The notes below the pieces were generated by a model. It made no database searches, was not told the origin of the DNA, and worked only from the letters and a program-made list of their open reading frames with translations. Below are positions 31,708 through 39,667 of a stretch of DNA of 64,000 nt, piece after piece. The stretch comes from Lysobacteraceae bacterium. Lineage in GTDB: Bacteria > Pseudomonadota > Gammaproteobacteria > Xanthomonadales > Xanthomonadaceae. Numbering within the stretch: position 1 is the first letter of the stretch; every line of letters begins with the position of its first letter. Where the stretch lies: assembly GCA_041675805.1 (NCBI GenBank), contig JBAYTD010000001.1, positions 8,252-72,251 of the forward strand, given 5' to 3'. Both the position numbers and the translations under genes were made by a program.

Positions 31708-32148
31708 TCAATCCTTGCCGAGATCGTCGAAGCGGGCATAGCACACCGGCGAGGACAGCTCGCCGTCGGCGGCCGCGCGATCCTCGGCGAGCAGCGCGTC
31801 GGTCAGCGCGCGGGCAAGGATCGGCAGGTGCGAACGGGGCGGATCGCGGTGCGCGGTCAGAAGCGTTATCGGACCCTTCCGCGCCAGCCGCATCAACCCG
31901 ATCAGGCGATCCGGATCGGCCGCCAGTTCGTCCCGATAATGTTGGGCGAACATCGCCGCGTCGATCACACCCTCGTGCCAGGCACGCCGCAGCGCCGTGC
32001 TGGGGGCCAGTTCCGGATGCCACTCGCCGAGCGTCGGGTCGTCGCGCTTCTTGCCGCGCGGCCAGAGCCGATCCGCCAGCACGCGCGCGCCATCGTCCGT
32101 AGCGGGCGGATCGTACAGGCGCTTGAGGCGGACGCGGGAGGCAGTCAT
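31708..32148 (-). CDS. DUF488 domain-containing protein
   Basis: 146 aa from the ATG at 32148. RLYDPPATDDGARVLADRLWPRGKKRDD...WHPELAPSTALRRAWHEG...ITLLTAHRD fits the DUF488 pattern. Confidence 0.75.
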   Translation of the reverse strand: MTASRVRLKRLYDPPATDDGARVLADRLWPRGKKRDDPTLGEWHPELAPSTALRRAWHEGVIDAAMFAQHYRDELAADPDRLIGLMRLARKGPITLLTAHRDPPRSHLPILARALTDALLAEDRAAADGELSSPVCYARFDDLGKD

Positions 32149-32285
32149 CGCCCAACCATAGCAGGCCGCAGGCGGCGACCGAAGCGGATCGCTGGCGCGC
32201 GCGCGGAAGACGGCGGTGCGCACCCGGCAGGCCGTGGCGCGACTGCGATCCGAGCTGACTTCCGATTGACACGGATAGCCGTTAC

Positions 32286-32308
32286 GATAAGTTATCTTAT
32301 AACATTCA
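32286..32308 (+). promoter_or_regulatory. Zur box
   Basis: GATAAGTTATCTTATAACATTCA matches the gammaproteobacterial Zur consensus GAAATGTTATAWTATAACATTTC at 17 of 23 positions. The core dyad is GTTAT-ctt-ATAAC. It sits 40 nt upstream of the His-rich receptor gene. Confidence 0.6.
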
Positions 32309-32347
32309 CCTGTCGCTGCCGCCGCGCAGCCTTGCCACGAGGACGCC

Positions 32348-34471
32348 ATGTCGCCATCCGTTCCCCGCTCGTTGCTGCCCATTGCCCTGGCGCTGGGCTG
32401 CGTTGCCCTGGCCCCGCCGGCCAGCGCCCGGGAAGATGACCGCGACGAGGATTCGCGCCTGCCGACCGTGGTGGTTTCCGCGCTGGGCCTGAGCGAGGAC
32501 GAGGCCCAAGTCGCCGCGCCGTACAGTCTGGTCGAGGGCGAGGCGATCCTGGAGCGCGGCCACGGCACCCTGGGCGATGCGCTCGACGGCCTGCCCGGCG
32601 TGCATTCGGAGGCATTCGGCGGTGGTGCTAGCCGACCGGTCATTCGCGGCCAGAGCGCGCCGCGGGTCAAGGTGCTCAGCGATGGCGTATCGGTGCTGGA
32701 TGCCTCGGACATCTCGCCCGACCACGCCATCAGCGCCGATCCGCTGCTGCTGCAACGGGTGGAAGTGTTGCGCGGCCCGGCGACCCTGCTTTACGGCAGC
32801 GGCGCGGTCGGTGGCGTGGTCAATCTGCTCGACAACAAGGTTCCCGCCACATTGCCCGAGGACGGCGTCGATGGAATGGTCGCACTGCGCGCCAACTCGG
32901 TCGCCAACGAGCGCGCCGGCGCGGCCGCGCTGACCGCTGCGCTGGGTGATCGCTTCGCCGTCCACGCCGGGTTCTCCCGCCGCGACGCCGACGACTATCG
33001 CGTGCCGGACCGGGAAGAACGCCGCGTCGACGGCAGTTTCGCCGAATCCGCCAACGCCAGCCTTGGCCTGTCCTGGATCGGCGACCACGGACATCTCGGC
33101 CTCGCATACAGCCAACGCGACGACGATTACGGCCTGCCCGGCCACAGCCATGGCTACGACGCCTGCCATCCGCACGGAACCGAACTGCATTGCGGCGGCC
33201 ACGATCACGATGGCCACGACCACGGCGACGACGACGACGATCATGGGCACGACCACGACCACGAGGATCCACCGACCATCGACCTGCTGAGCCGACGCTT
33301 CGACCTGCGCGGCGAACTCAACGACCCGTTCATCGGCATCCGTCGCATTCGCCTGCGCGCCAGCCACACCGACTACCGCCACCACGAACGCGAGCACGGC
33401 CTGATCGCCACCACCTTCCGCAATCAGGGCCAGGATGCCCGCGTCGAGGTCGAGCACACCGCGCTGGGCCGCTGGACCGGCGTGTTCGGTCTGCAACACG
33501 CCGACACCACCTTCGCCGCCGAGGGCGTGGAGGCCTTCCTGCCGACCGTCGACACGCGCAGCACCGGCCTGTTCGTGGTCGAGCATCTGGACCTCAGCGA
33601 ACAATGGCATTTCGAACTCGGCGCGCGCCGGGAATGGCTCCGCCATCGACCGGTCGATGATCCGCGCAACCGGCCGGCATTCGATGCCGCGACCACCTCG
33701 CTGTCCGGCGCGGCGATGTGGTCGTTCCATCCCGACCATGCGCTGAGCCTGTCGCTGGCGCGCTCGGAGCGCGCGCCGCACGCGCAGGAGCTGTACGCGC
33801 GTGGCCTGCACCTGGCCACCAACACCTACGAATGCGGCCTGTATCCGAGCGCCTTCACCTGCGGCGGCAGCGCCAACGACGCCTTGCCGGGCATCGAAAC
33901 CTCGCGCAACGTCGAGCTGAGTGTGCGCCGTACCCATGGCCTGCTGACCTGGGAGATCGGTGCCTTCCTCAACAAGGTGGACGACTACGTCCACGCCCGC
34001 ACGCTCGACCGCCACGAGGATTTCCGGCTGATCAAGTATTCGCAGAGTGATGTCAAGTTCCGTGGCCTGGAAGCCGAATTCACCCTGAAGGTTTCCGATG
34101 CCTTCAGCGCCAGCGTGTTCGGCGACCGCGTGCGGGCCAGCTTCGCCGATGGCAGCGGCAATCTGCCGCGCATCCCCGCCTCGCGGCTTGGCCTGCGGCT
34201 GAACGGCGTCCACGGCGATCTGAGCGGCGAACTGGAGTTCTACAGCGTCGCCCGGCAGACGCGCATCGCCGACCACGAAAGCGCGACGCCCGGTTACGAC
34301 ATGCTCAACCTGGGCGTGAACTACGCGCTGGGCCGCGACAAGCAGCTCAAGGTGTTCCTGCGCGCCAGCAACCTGCTCGACAAACAGGCCTTCAATCACG
34401 CCTCCTTTCTCGCCGAGGTGGTTCCGTTGCCGGGACGCAATGTCAGCGTCGGGCTGCGCTACGCGTTCTGA
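32348..34471 (+). CDS. TonB-dependent receptor with His/Asp-rich loop (ZnuD-like, probable zinc-regulated)
   Basis: 707 aa. Signal peptide, plug (VEVLRGPATLLYGSGAVGGVVNLLD), the stretch GHSHGYDACHPHGTELHCGGHDHDGHDHGDDDDDHGHDHDHED, and barrel ending VGLRYAF. A Zur box lies upstream. Confidence 0.85.
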   Translation: MSPSVPRSLLPIALALGCVALAPPASAREDDRDEDSRLPTVVVSALGLSEDEAQVAAPYSLVEGEAILERGHGTLGDALDGLPGVHSEAFGGGASRPVIRGQSAPRVKVLSDGVSVLDASDISPDHAISADPLLLQRVEVLRGPATLLYGSGAVGGVVNLLDNKVPATLPEDGVDGMVALRANSVANERAGAAALTAALGDRFAVHAGFSRRDADDYRVPDREERRVDGSFAESANASLGLSWIGDHGHLGLAYSQRDDDYGLPGHSHGYDACHPHGTELHCGGHDHDGHDHGDDDDDHGHDHDHEDPPTIDLLSRRFDLRGELNDPFIGIRRIRLRASHTDYRHHEREHGLIATTFRNQGQDARVEVEHTALGRWTGVFGLQHADTTFAAEGVEAFLPTVDTRSTGLFVVEHLDLSEQWHFELGARREWLRHRPVDDPRNRPAFDAATTSLSGAAMWSFHPDHALSLSLARSERAPHAQELYARGLHLATNTYECGLYPSAFTCGGSANDALPGIETSRNVELSVRRTHGLLTWEIGAFLNKVDDYVHARTLDRHEDFRLIKYSQSDVKFRGLEAEFTLKVSDAFSASVFGDRVRASFADGSGNLPRIPASRLGLRLNGVHGDLSGELEFYSVARQTRIADHESATPGYDMLNLGVNYALGRDKQLKVFLRASNLLDKQAFNHASFLAEVVPLPGRNVSVGLRYAF

Positions 34472-34492
34472 GCCGGCACTGCCGGCGGCCGC

Positions 34493-36274
34493 TCAGCGCG
34501 TAAATTCCAGGCGCTGGCGGAACTCGATGCCGCGTTCGGTGAGCAGGATCGACATGCCGAGCCACTGGATGTTGCGCACGTAGGCGTCCTCCATCAACTG
34601 CGCCTGGGCGCGGATGTCCTCGGCCTCGGCGGCGGGCATGGCCTTGGCCGCCTCGCGCATGGCGTCGGCGATCACGCCCATGAAACGCCCCTGATAGGCG
34701 ACGTGCAGCAGCGGCTGCTCGGCGGCATCGGTCTTCAGATAGGCCGGCAGCGAGGCTTCCGCGCCGTCGCCGATGGCCAGCGCCAGCGCGTGCTCGCCCA
34801 TCGCCGCATGCAGCGGCGCGTCGATCACCGTCTTCAGCAGGTCCAGTTGCAGCCGTTGCGGCGGCTCGCCGGGTTTCAGGTTCAGCGCCGCGACCTGCGG
34901 CGCGACCATCGCCAGCGCGCCGATCAGGACGGCCGGGTTGTCGGCACCCAGCACCAGCCTGCCGGACAGTTTTTCGAACTTGGCCTGTTCGATGTCGACT
35001 TCGAACTCGTCCAGCGCCAGCAGCACGCTGTTGGCCATCGGCCCGGCCATGGCGAGGGCCGGATTGGCCAGCCCCTCGCGCAGCGTGGCGACGGCGTCGT
35101 TGAGGCCGCTCAGCGCCGGGCAGGTCCACGGCTCGGCCGCGACGGCAGCGGCCAGCTTGCGCCCCAGCGGTGCCAGCGCCGACAGCTTGAAGCCGACGCC
35201 GAAGGTGACCAGCGCCTGGTCGCTGGCGGCCAGCCCCGGCAGCGGTGCGCGCAGGCTCATCAGATCCTCGGCGATGGGTGCGGACGTGAGCATGCGGGCG
35301 ACGCCGTCCATGTGCCGGTCGTCCAGTCGGGTATAGCCGCCGACCAGACGCGGGAAGCTCTGCGCGATCAACGCAGTGTCGGCCTCGCACTCGGCCGGCA
35401 GGGCGGGTTTCTCGATGTCCAGCGGTTGCAGGAAGGCTCGCTCCAGCGCCGTCGCCGGGGCGCGGAACTGCGCCAGCAGGCGGCTGCTGTCGAGGTAGCC
35501 GCTGCCAAAGGCGGTGAAGCCCTCGGCGCGGTTCAGGGCTTGCAGGTCGCCGCTGTCGGCCAGCGAGCGTGCCGGCCGGTCCAGTCCCAGCATGACGCGG
35601 GTGGCGGCGGCGTCGTCGAGCGGCGCGGCGGTCAGCACCAGATGGTTGCCGATCACCGCCACCACGCCCTGGATCGGGCTGTCCGGCACGTCGATGCGCC
35701 AACCGGCGTCGACGCCGTCCACCGCCAGCGCGGTGAAGGCTTCGCCGGCACCGTGTTCGATGCGGGCGATGGCGGCGAGAAAGGCGGCGGGATCGGCCAG
35801 GGTCAGCCGCGCCACCGGCGCGAGGCCGATGCCATAGACTGCCATCTTGGCCCGGCTGTCGAAGCCGAAACGCTTCTGCAAGGCGGCGGCATCGGTGGCC
35901 TGTGCGAGCTCCGCGTCCAGCGCACGCAGCCAGGCGGTGGCGCGCGGCGACAGGAACTCCGCGTCCGGTTCCGACTCTCCGCCATCGGCTTCGACATCGT
36001 CCGGCTGCCGCGCCGGGCTCGCCTCGGCACGCGCCAGCAGCACGCCGATCTGCCGTCGCCACTGCGCCAGTTGCGGATCGACCTGCTGCAGCCAGCGCCG
36101 CGCCACCGGCTCTGGAATGGCGTCGAGGTTGGCGAACACGAAGGGCGTGTCGGCCGGCACATAGCGCAGCGGATCATCCGCGCCGACGCTGCCGGTGCCG
36201 CCGCGAAACAGAACGAATGCGCCCGCCGCCAGCGCGACCAGGAGCAGAACGGGAACAAGCAGATGTTTGCGCAT
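34493..36274 (-). CDS. hypothetical exported or membrane-anchored protein (possibly DUF3352-like)
   Basis: 593 aa from MRKHLLVPVLLLVALAAGAFVLF (GGAG upstream). Uniform coding-like composition. The family assignment is from memory only. Confidence 0.55.
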   Translation of the reverse strand: MRKHLLVPVLLLVALAAGAFVLFRGGTGSVGADDPLRYVPADTPFVFANLDAIPEPVARRWLQQVDPQLAQWRRQIGVLLARAEASPARQPDDVEADGGESEPDAEFLSPRATAWLRALDAELAQATDAAALQKRFGFDSRAKMAVYGIGLAPVARLTLADPAAFLAAIARIEHGAGEAFTALAVDGVDAGWRIDVPDSPIQGVVAVIGNHLVLTAAPLDDAAATRVMLGLDRPARSLADSGDLQALNRAEGFTAFGSGYLDSSRLLAQFRAPATALERAFLQPLDIEKPALPAECEADTALIAQSFPRLVGGYTRLDDRHMDGVARMLTSAPIAEDLMSLRAPLPGLAASDQALVTFGVGFKLSALAPLGRKLAAAVAAEPWTCPALSGLNDAVATLREGLANPALAMAGPMANSVLLALDEFEVDIEQAKFEKLSGRLVLGADNPAVLIGALAMVAPQVAALNLKPGEPPQRLQLDLLKTVIDAPLHAAMGEHALALAIGDGAEASLPAYLKTDAAEQPLLHVAYQGRFMGVIADAMREAAKAMPAAEAEDIRAQAQLMEDAYVRNIQWLGMSILLTERGIEFRQRLEFTR

Positions 36275-36569
36275 GGGAGATGCTCCGGCAGGGGTGCAGG
36301 GATCATTCACTGGCTGAGAACGCAAAAAGCATGACTGAAGCCGCCTGTCGGCGCATCCGTCCGTGCTGCGCCGCGCTGGTTGTCAGGGCATGACGTAGCG
36401 ACGGATGGTGCCGTGACCGTCGAACAACCACAGCTCGTCGCCCGCTGCGCCGGCCACGCGCTGCATGCTGGCGTTGTCGCCCAGGCCGTCGATCCGCCAC
36501 GCACCGAGGCGGCGTGTTGCAGGGTCGACGAACAGGATCACCTCGCGGTGGCCGAATCGCTGGCCGTCC

Positions 36570-38006
36570 TCAGCGTTTCGGCGGCGACCACAGCGTGGCG
36601 TTGGCGATGCCGAGCTTGATCGGGTCGAACTGCGGATTCAGGCCCTGCTTTTGCTGCGTCTCGTAATCGCGCAGCGCCAGCAGGGCCGGTTTTTGCAGGA
36701 TCAGGATGGCGATCAGGTTCAGCCAGGCCATCAGGCCGACGCCGATGTCGCCCAGCGTCCAGGCCGCGTCGGCGGTGCGCAGGCAACCGAAGCCGACCGC
36801 GACCAGGATGGCCAGTCGCAGCGCCTGCACCAGCCACGGCCGGTGTACGGCGCGATTGATGTAGGCGATGTTGGTTTCCGCCATGTAGTAATAGGCGACG
36901 ATGGTGGTGAAGGCGAAGAAAAACAGCGCCAGCGCGACGAAACTCGCGCCCCAGCCGGGCAGCGCCGATTCCACCGCCGCTTGGGCGAAGGCCGGGCCGG
37001 CGGCGACGCCGGGCAGGGCTTCGGTGACGATGCCGCCATCGGGCATCACCACGTTGTACATGCCGGTGGAGAGGATCATGAACGCGGTGGCCGAGCACAC
37101 CAGCAGGGTGTCGACATAGACCGAGAACGCCTGCACCAGACCCTGCTTGGCCGGATGCGAAACCTCGGCGGCGGCGGCATGGTGCGGGCCGGTGCCCTGT
37201 CCGGCCTCGTTTGAATAGATACCGCGCTTGACGCCCCATTCCACCGCCAGACCCAGCATCGCGCCGAAGCCGGCTTCCAGCCCGAACGCGCTGCGGAAGA
37301 TCAGGCCCAGCATCTCCGGCACCGCCGAGGCATTCAACGCCATGATCAGCAGCGCCACCAGGATGTAGGCGATGGCCATGAACGGCACCACGATCTCGGC
37401 AAAGCGCGCGATGCGCTTGACGCCGCCGAAGATGATGAAGCCCAGCAGCCCGATGATCACCGCCGCGACCCCCAGCGGCGGCACGTCCCAGGCGGTGATC
37501 GCCGCCAGCGTGATGCCGTTGGCCTGCACGCCCGGCAACAGGAAACCCGCCGCCAGCACGGTGACGGCGGCGAACAGCCAGGCGTACCAGCGCTGGCCCA
37601 TCGCCTTCTCGATGTAATAGGCCGGCCCGCCGCGATAGCGGCCCTTGTCGTCCTTTTCCTTGTAGATCTGCGCCAGCGTCGATTCGATGTAGGCGGTGGA
37701 CGCGCCGAGGAAGGCCATCACCCACATCCAGAACACCGCGCCCGGCCCGCCGAAGGCGATCGCCGTCGCCACGCCGGCGATGTTGCCGATGCCGATCCGC
37801 CCCGACAGCGACATCGCCAGCGCCTGAAACGAGGACACGCCGGCCTCGGACTGGCCGCCGGTCAAGGTCAGGCGACCCATCTCCCAGACCTGCCGCACCT
37901 GCACGAAGCGCGTGCGCACGGAGAAATACAGCCCCACGCCCAGGCACAACCAGATCAGCGGCGGGCTCCACACCAGGCCGTTCACGGCGTTGAGAAACTG
38001 TTCCAC
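36570..38006 (-). CDS. alanine/glycine:cation symporter (AGCS family)
   Basis: 478 aa. GTG start with AAGGGGAG upstream. VSSFQALAMSLSGRIGIGNIAGVATAIAFGGPGAVFWMW is the AGCS signature region. Multiple TM helices. Confidence 0.88.
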   Translation of the reverse strand: MEQFLNAVNGLVWSPPLIWLCLGVGLYFSVRTRFVQVRQVWEMGRLTLTGGQSEAGVSSFQALAMSLSGRIGIGNIAGVATAIAFGGPGAVFWMWVMAFLGASTAYIESTLAQIYKEKDDKGRYRGGPAYYIEKAMGQRWYAWLFAAVTVLAAGFLLPGVQANGITLAAITAWDVPPLGVAAVIIGLLGFIIFGGVKRIARFAEIVVPFMAIAYILVALLIMALNASAVPEMLGLIFRSAFGLEAGFGAMLGLAVEWGVKRGIYSNEAGQGTGPHHAAAAEVSHPAKQGLVQAFSVYVDTLLVCSATAFMILSTGMYNVVMPDGGIVTEALPGVAAGPAFAQAAVESALPGWGASFVALALFFFAFTTIVAYYYMAETNIAYINRAVHRPWLVQALRLAILVAVGFGCLRTADAAWTLGDIGVGLMAWLNLIAILILQKPALLALRDYETQQKQGLNPQFDPIKLGIANATLWSPPKR

Positions 38007-38117
38007 GGATCGCTCCCCTTGGTCTGCGGCGCTTGCCGACGGATGGGCGCGACGCGAAGGGCCGGAAACTAAACCAAAACAGGCCGGACTGCACGGGCCG
38101 CATTGCCCGCGCCGCGA

Positions 38118-38714
38118 TCAGGACGGCGATAACGCCGTCACGTACACCAGTTCGCAGGCCCCTGCGCCACTGTCCTCGCGGGTCAGCGAACTGCGCCAGA
38201 ACCAGCCATCGTCGCGCCGCGCCTCGATCAGCAAACCGTCGATCCGCAGCACATCGCCCGGCCGCACGCGGCGCAACTGCCGCGCAATGTCCGCATCGGC
38301 CGGAACGAGGTGCATGTTGGCGCTGGAGACGACCATCTCGCGCGGCGGCAGCGGCGGCCGCTCGCGCCAGCGGTAATGGTAGAAGCGCGCGCCCTGGCCG
38401 ATCTCCAGTTGCTCCAGCACCGCGCTGTCGCTCATCCGCCCCCAGCCCAGCGCCAGGTCCATCGGCGACAGCGCCGCCCCGGCGTCGAAACGATAGTCCT
38501 CGCGCGACAGCACCCGCGCCTCGACGCGGAAGCGCGCCAGCGGCGTCAGCCGGAACTCGCCATGCTCGATCACCGCCGCCCCGCGCAGATCCTCCTGCAC
38601 CGGCGAGTCCGGCGCCAGCACGCCCGGCCCGTGCGCGCGCTCGCGCGGCGGCATCGTCCACCAACCGATCAGCACCAGCGCCAGTGCCGCGACGATCCAG
38701 CGGTTCATCGTCAA
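38118..38714 (-). CDS. hypothetical membrane-anchored protein
   Basis: 198 aa. N-terminal helix WIVAALALVLIGWW, then a soluble domain. No family recognised. It is directly upstream of the symporter and co-directional with it. Confidence 0.6.
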   Translation of the reverse strand: MTMNRWIVAALALVLIGWWTMPPRERAHGPGVLAPDSPVQEDLRGAAVIEHGEFRLTPLARFRVEARVLSREDYRFDAGAALSPMDLALGWGRMSDSAVLEQLEIGQGARFYHYRWRERPPLPPREMVVSSANMHLVPADADIARQLRRVRPGDVLRIDGLLIEARRDDGWFWRSSLTREDSGAGACELVYVTALSPS

Positions 38715-38818
38715 AGCCTAGTGCAAACCCGCGCAACGCCGCCAGCGCCAAAGGCTGCCGTCCGCTGTCTCGCGGATGCGTTTCGCTTATCCGGGCTTGA
38801 TGGTGAAATCCGTAGCGG

Positions 38819-39220
38819 TCACGCAGGCAGCAATGCCGCATCGGCGAGGCGGGCGGCTTTTGTGTCGAGGGTGAGCAGTGGCGAGTGGCCTTCCGCCCAG
38901 CAGGCGGCGGCATGCAGGCAGTCGGCGAAGTCTGCCGATCCCTGACGGTAGGCGTGCAGGGCGCGTTCGATGGCTGGTTCGTTTTGGAACGCCAGTTCGC
39001 GGGTTTCCAGCAGGGTGTTCATTGCCAGCAGGATGTCGGGTTTGCCGAATCCGTAGCGCGAGCGCAGCGCCCATTCCAGTTCCAGCATCACGGTGAGCGG
39101 GACGAACAGTTCACCGTCGCGCCCGTCCAGCGAGGTGAACAGGGCGGCGATGCGGCGGGACTGTGCGGCATCGTCGTCGACCAGCCAGCGGACCAGGATA
39201 TTGGTATCCAGCCCCGGCAT
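38819..39220 (-). CDS. vapC: type II toxin-antitoxin system VapC-family PIN toxin
   Basis: 133 aa. It starts MPGLDTNILV with the first acidic PIN residue, and later has LELEW and DCLH segments. The ATG overlaps the vapB stop (ATGA). Confidence 0.85.
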   Translation of the reverse strand: MPGLDTNILVRWLVDDDAAQSRRIAALFTSLDGRDGELFVPLTVMLELEWALRSRYGFGKPDILLAMNTLLETRELAFQNEPAIERALHAYRQGSADFADCLHAAACWAEGHSPLLTLDTKAARLADAALLPA

Positions 39221-39447
39221 CAGTCCTGCCCGATGCGCATGTCCGCCACCGCCACCTTGCGCGTGCCGCGTGCCGGTTTCAGCAGTCCTTTGGCATCGGC
39301 GAGCGAGCGCGTCTTGGCGCGCAGAACGGTGGTGCCGTCATCGAGTTGGGTGAACACCACCCGTTCCCCCGCCACAAGACCCAGTGCCTTGCGGATATCG
39401 GCCGGGATGGTGATCTGGCCCTTGCTGGTCATGGCGGCTTCGGACAT
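39220..39447 (-). CDS. vapB: AbrB/MazE/SpoVT-family antitoxin
   Basis: 75 aa. TSKGQITIPADIRKALGL..GERVVF is a swapped-hairpin (SpoVT/AbrB) DNA-binding motif. AAGGAG lies upstream. Confidence 0.8.
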   Translation of the reverse strand: MSEAAMTSKGQITIPADIRKALGLVAGERVVFTQLDDGTTVLRAKTRSLADAKGLLKPARGTRKVAVADMRIGQD

Positions 39448-39455
39448 GGGTGGCT

Positions 39456-39480
39456 CCTTACAATTTTATCGATTGTAAGG
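39456..39480 (-). promoter_or_regulatory. perfect 9-bp inverted repeat, probable vapBC operator/promoter
   Basis: CCTTACAAT-tttatcg-ATTGTAAGG lies immediately upstream of the vapB RBS, in a locally AT-rich patch. It contains TACAAT and TAAAAT -10-like hexamers on the gene strand. Confidence 0.5.
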
Positions 39481-39558
39481 ATATCACCGGGCCGTGAGCG
39501 GTGGAGAAGGACAGGGTGAGGGCAGGGCAATCGCATGAACGCTTCGTGTCCGAGTAAG

Positions 39559-39652
39559 TCGAGAAGCTCGGCCTACAGCATCCTGACGTAGAGCGGAGCT
39601 TGCTCCGCTGCTTTCGCTCCTGGCGTTCCAAGCCGAGCAAGCTCGGCTCTAC
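39559..39652. repeat. three REP-like units of the GTAGRSCSGAGCTTSCTC type in alternating orientation
   Basis: The reverse complement of 39559-39576 is GTAGGCCGAGCTTCTCGA. 39588-39609 is GTAGAGCGGAGCTTGCTCCGCT. The reverse complement of 39631-39652 is GTAGAGCCGAGCTTGCTCGGCT. Each unit is internally palindromic. Confidence 0.6.
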
Positions 39653-39667
39653 AAAAGCCTGTATTTA

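Noticed and set aside
36383-36541. Unlisted 52-codon minus-strand ORF (GTG start) in the 295-bp spacer after the symporter: VILFVDPATRRLGAWRIDGLGDNASMQRVAGAAGDELWLFDGHGTIRRYVMP.
   Set aside because: It has no convincing RBS and I recognise no homology. It is below the size at which composition is informative. It could be a C-terminal gene remnant or a small protein, but I cannot support it from sequence alone.
38007-38117. Possible glycine riboswitch in the leader of the alanine/glycine symporter gene.
   Set aside because: The leader is only about 110 nt. I could not find the conserved GGAGAG...CACCGAAGGGGCAA-type aptamer cores. Only an RBS (AAGGGGAG) and a GGCCGG direct repeat are visible.
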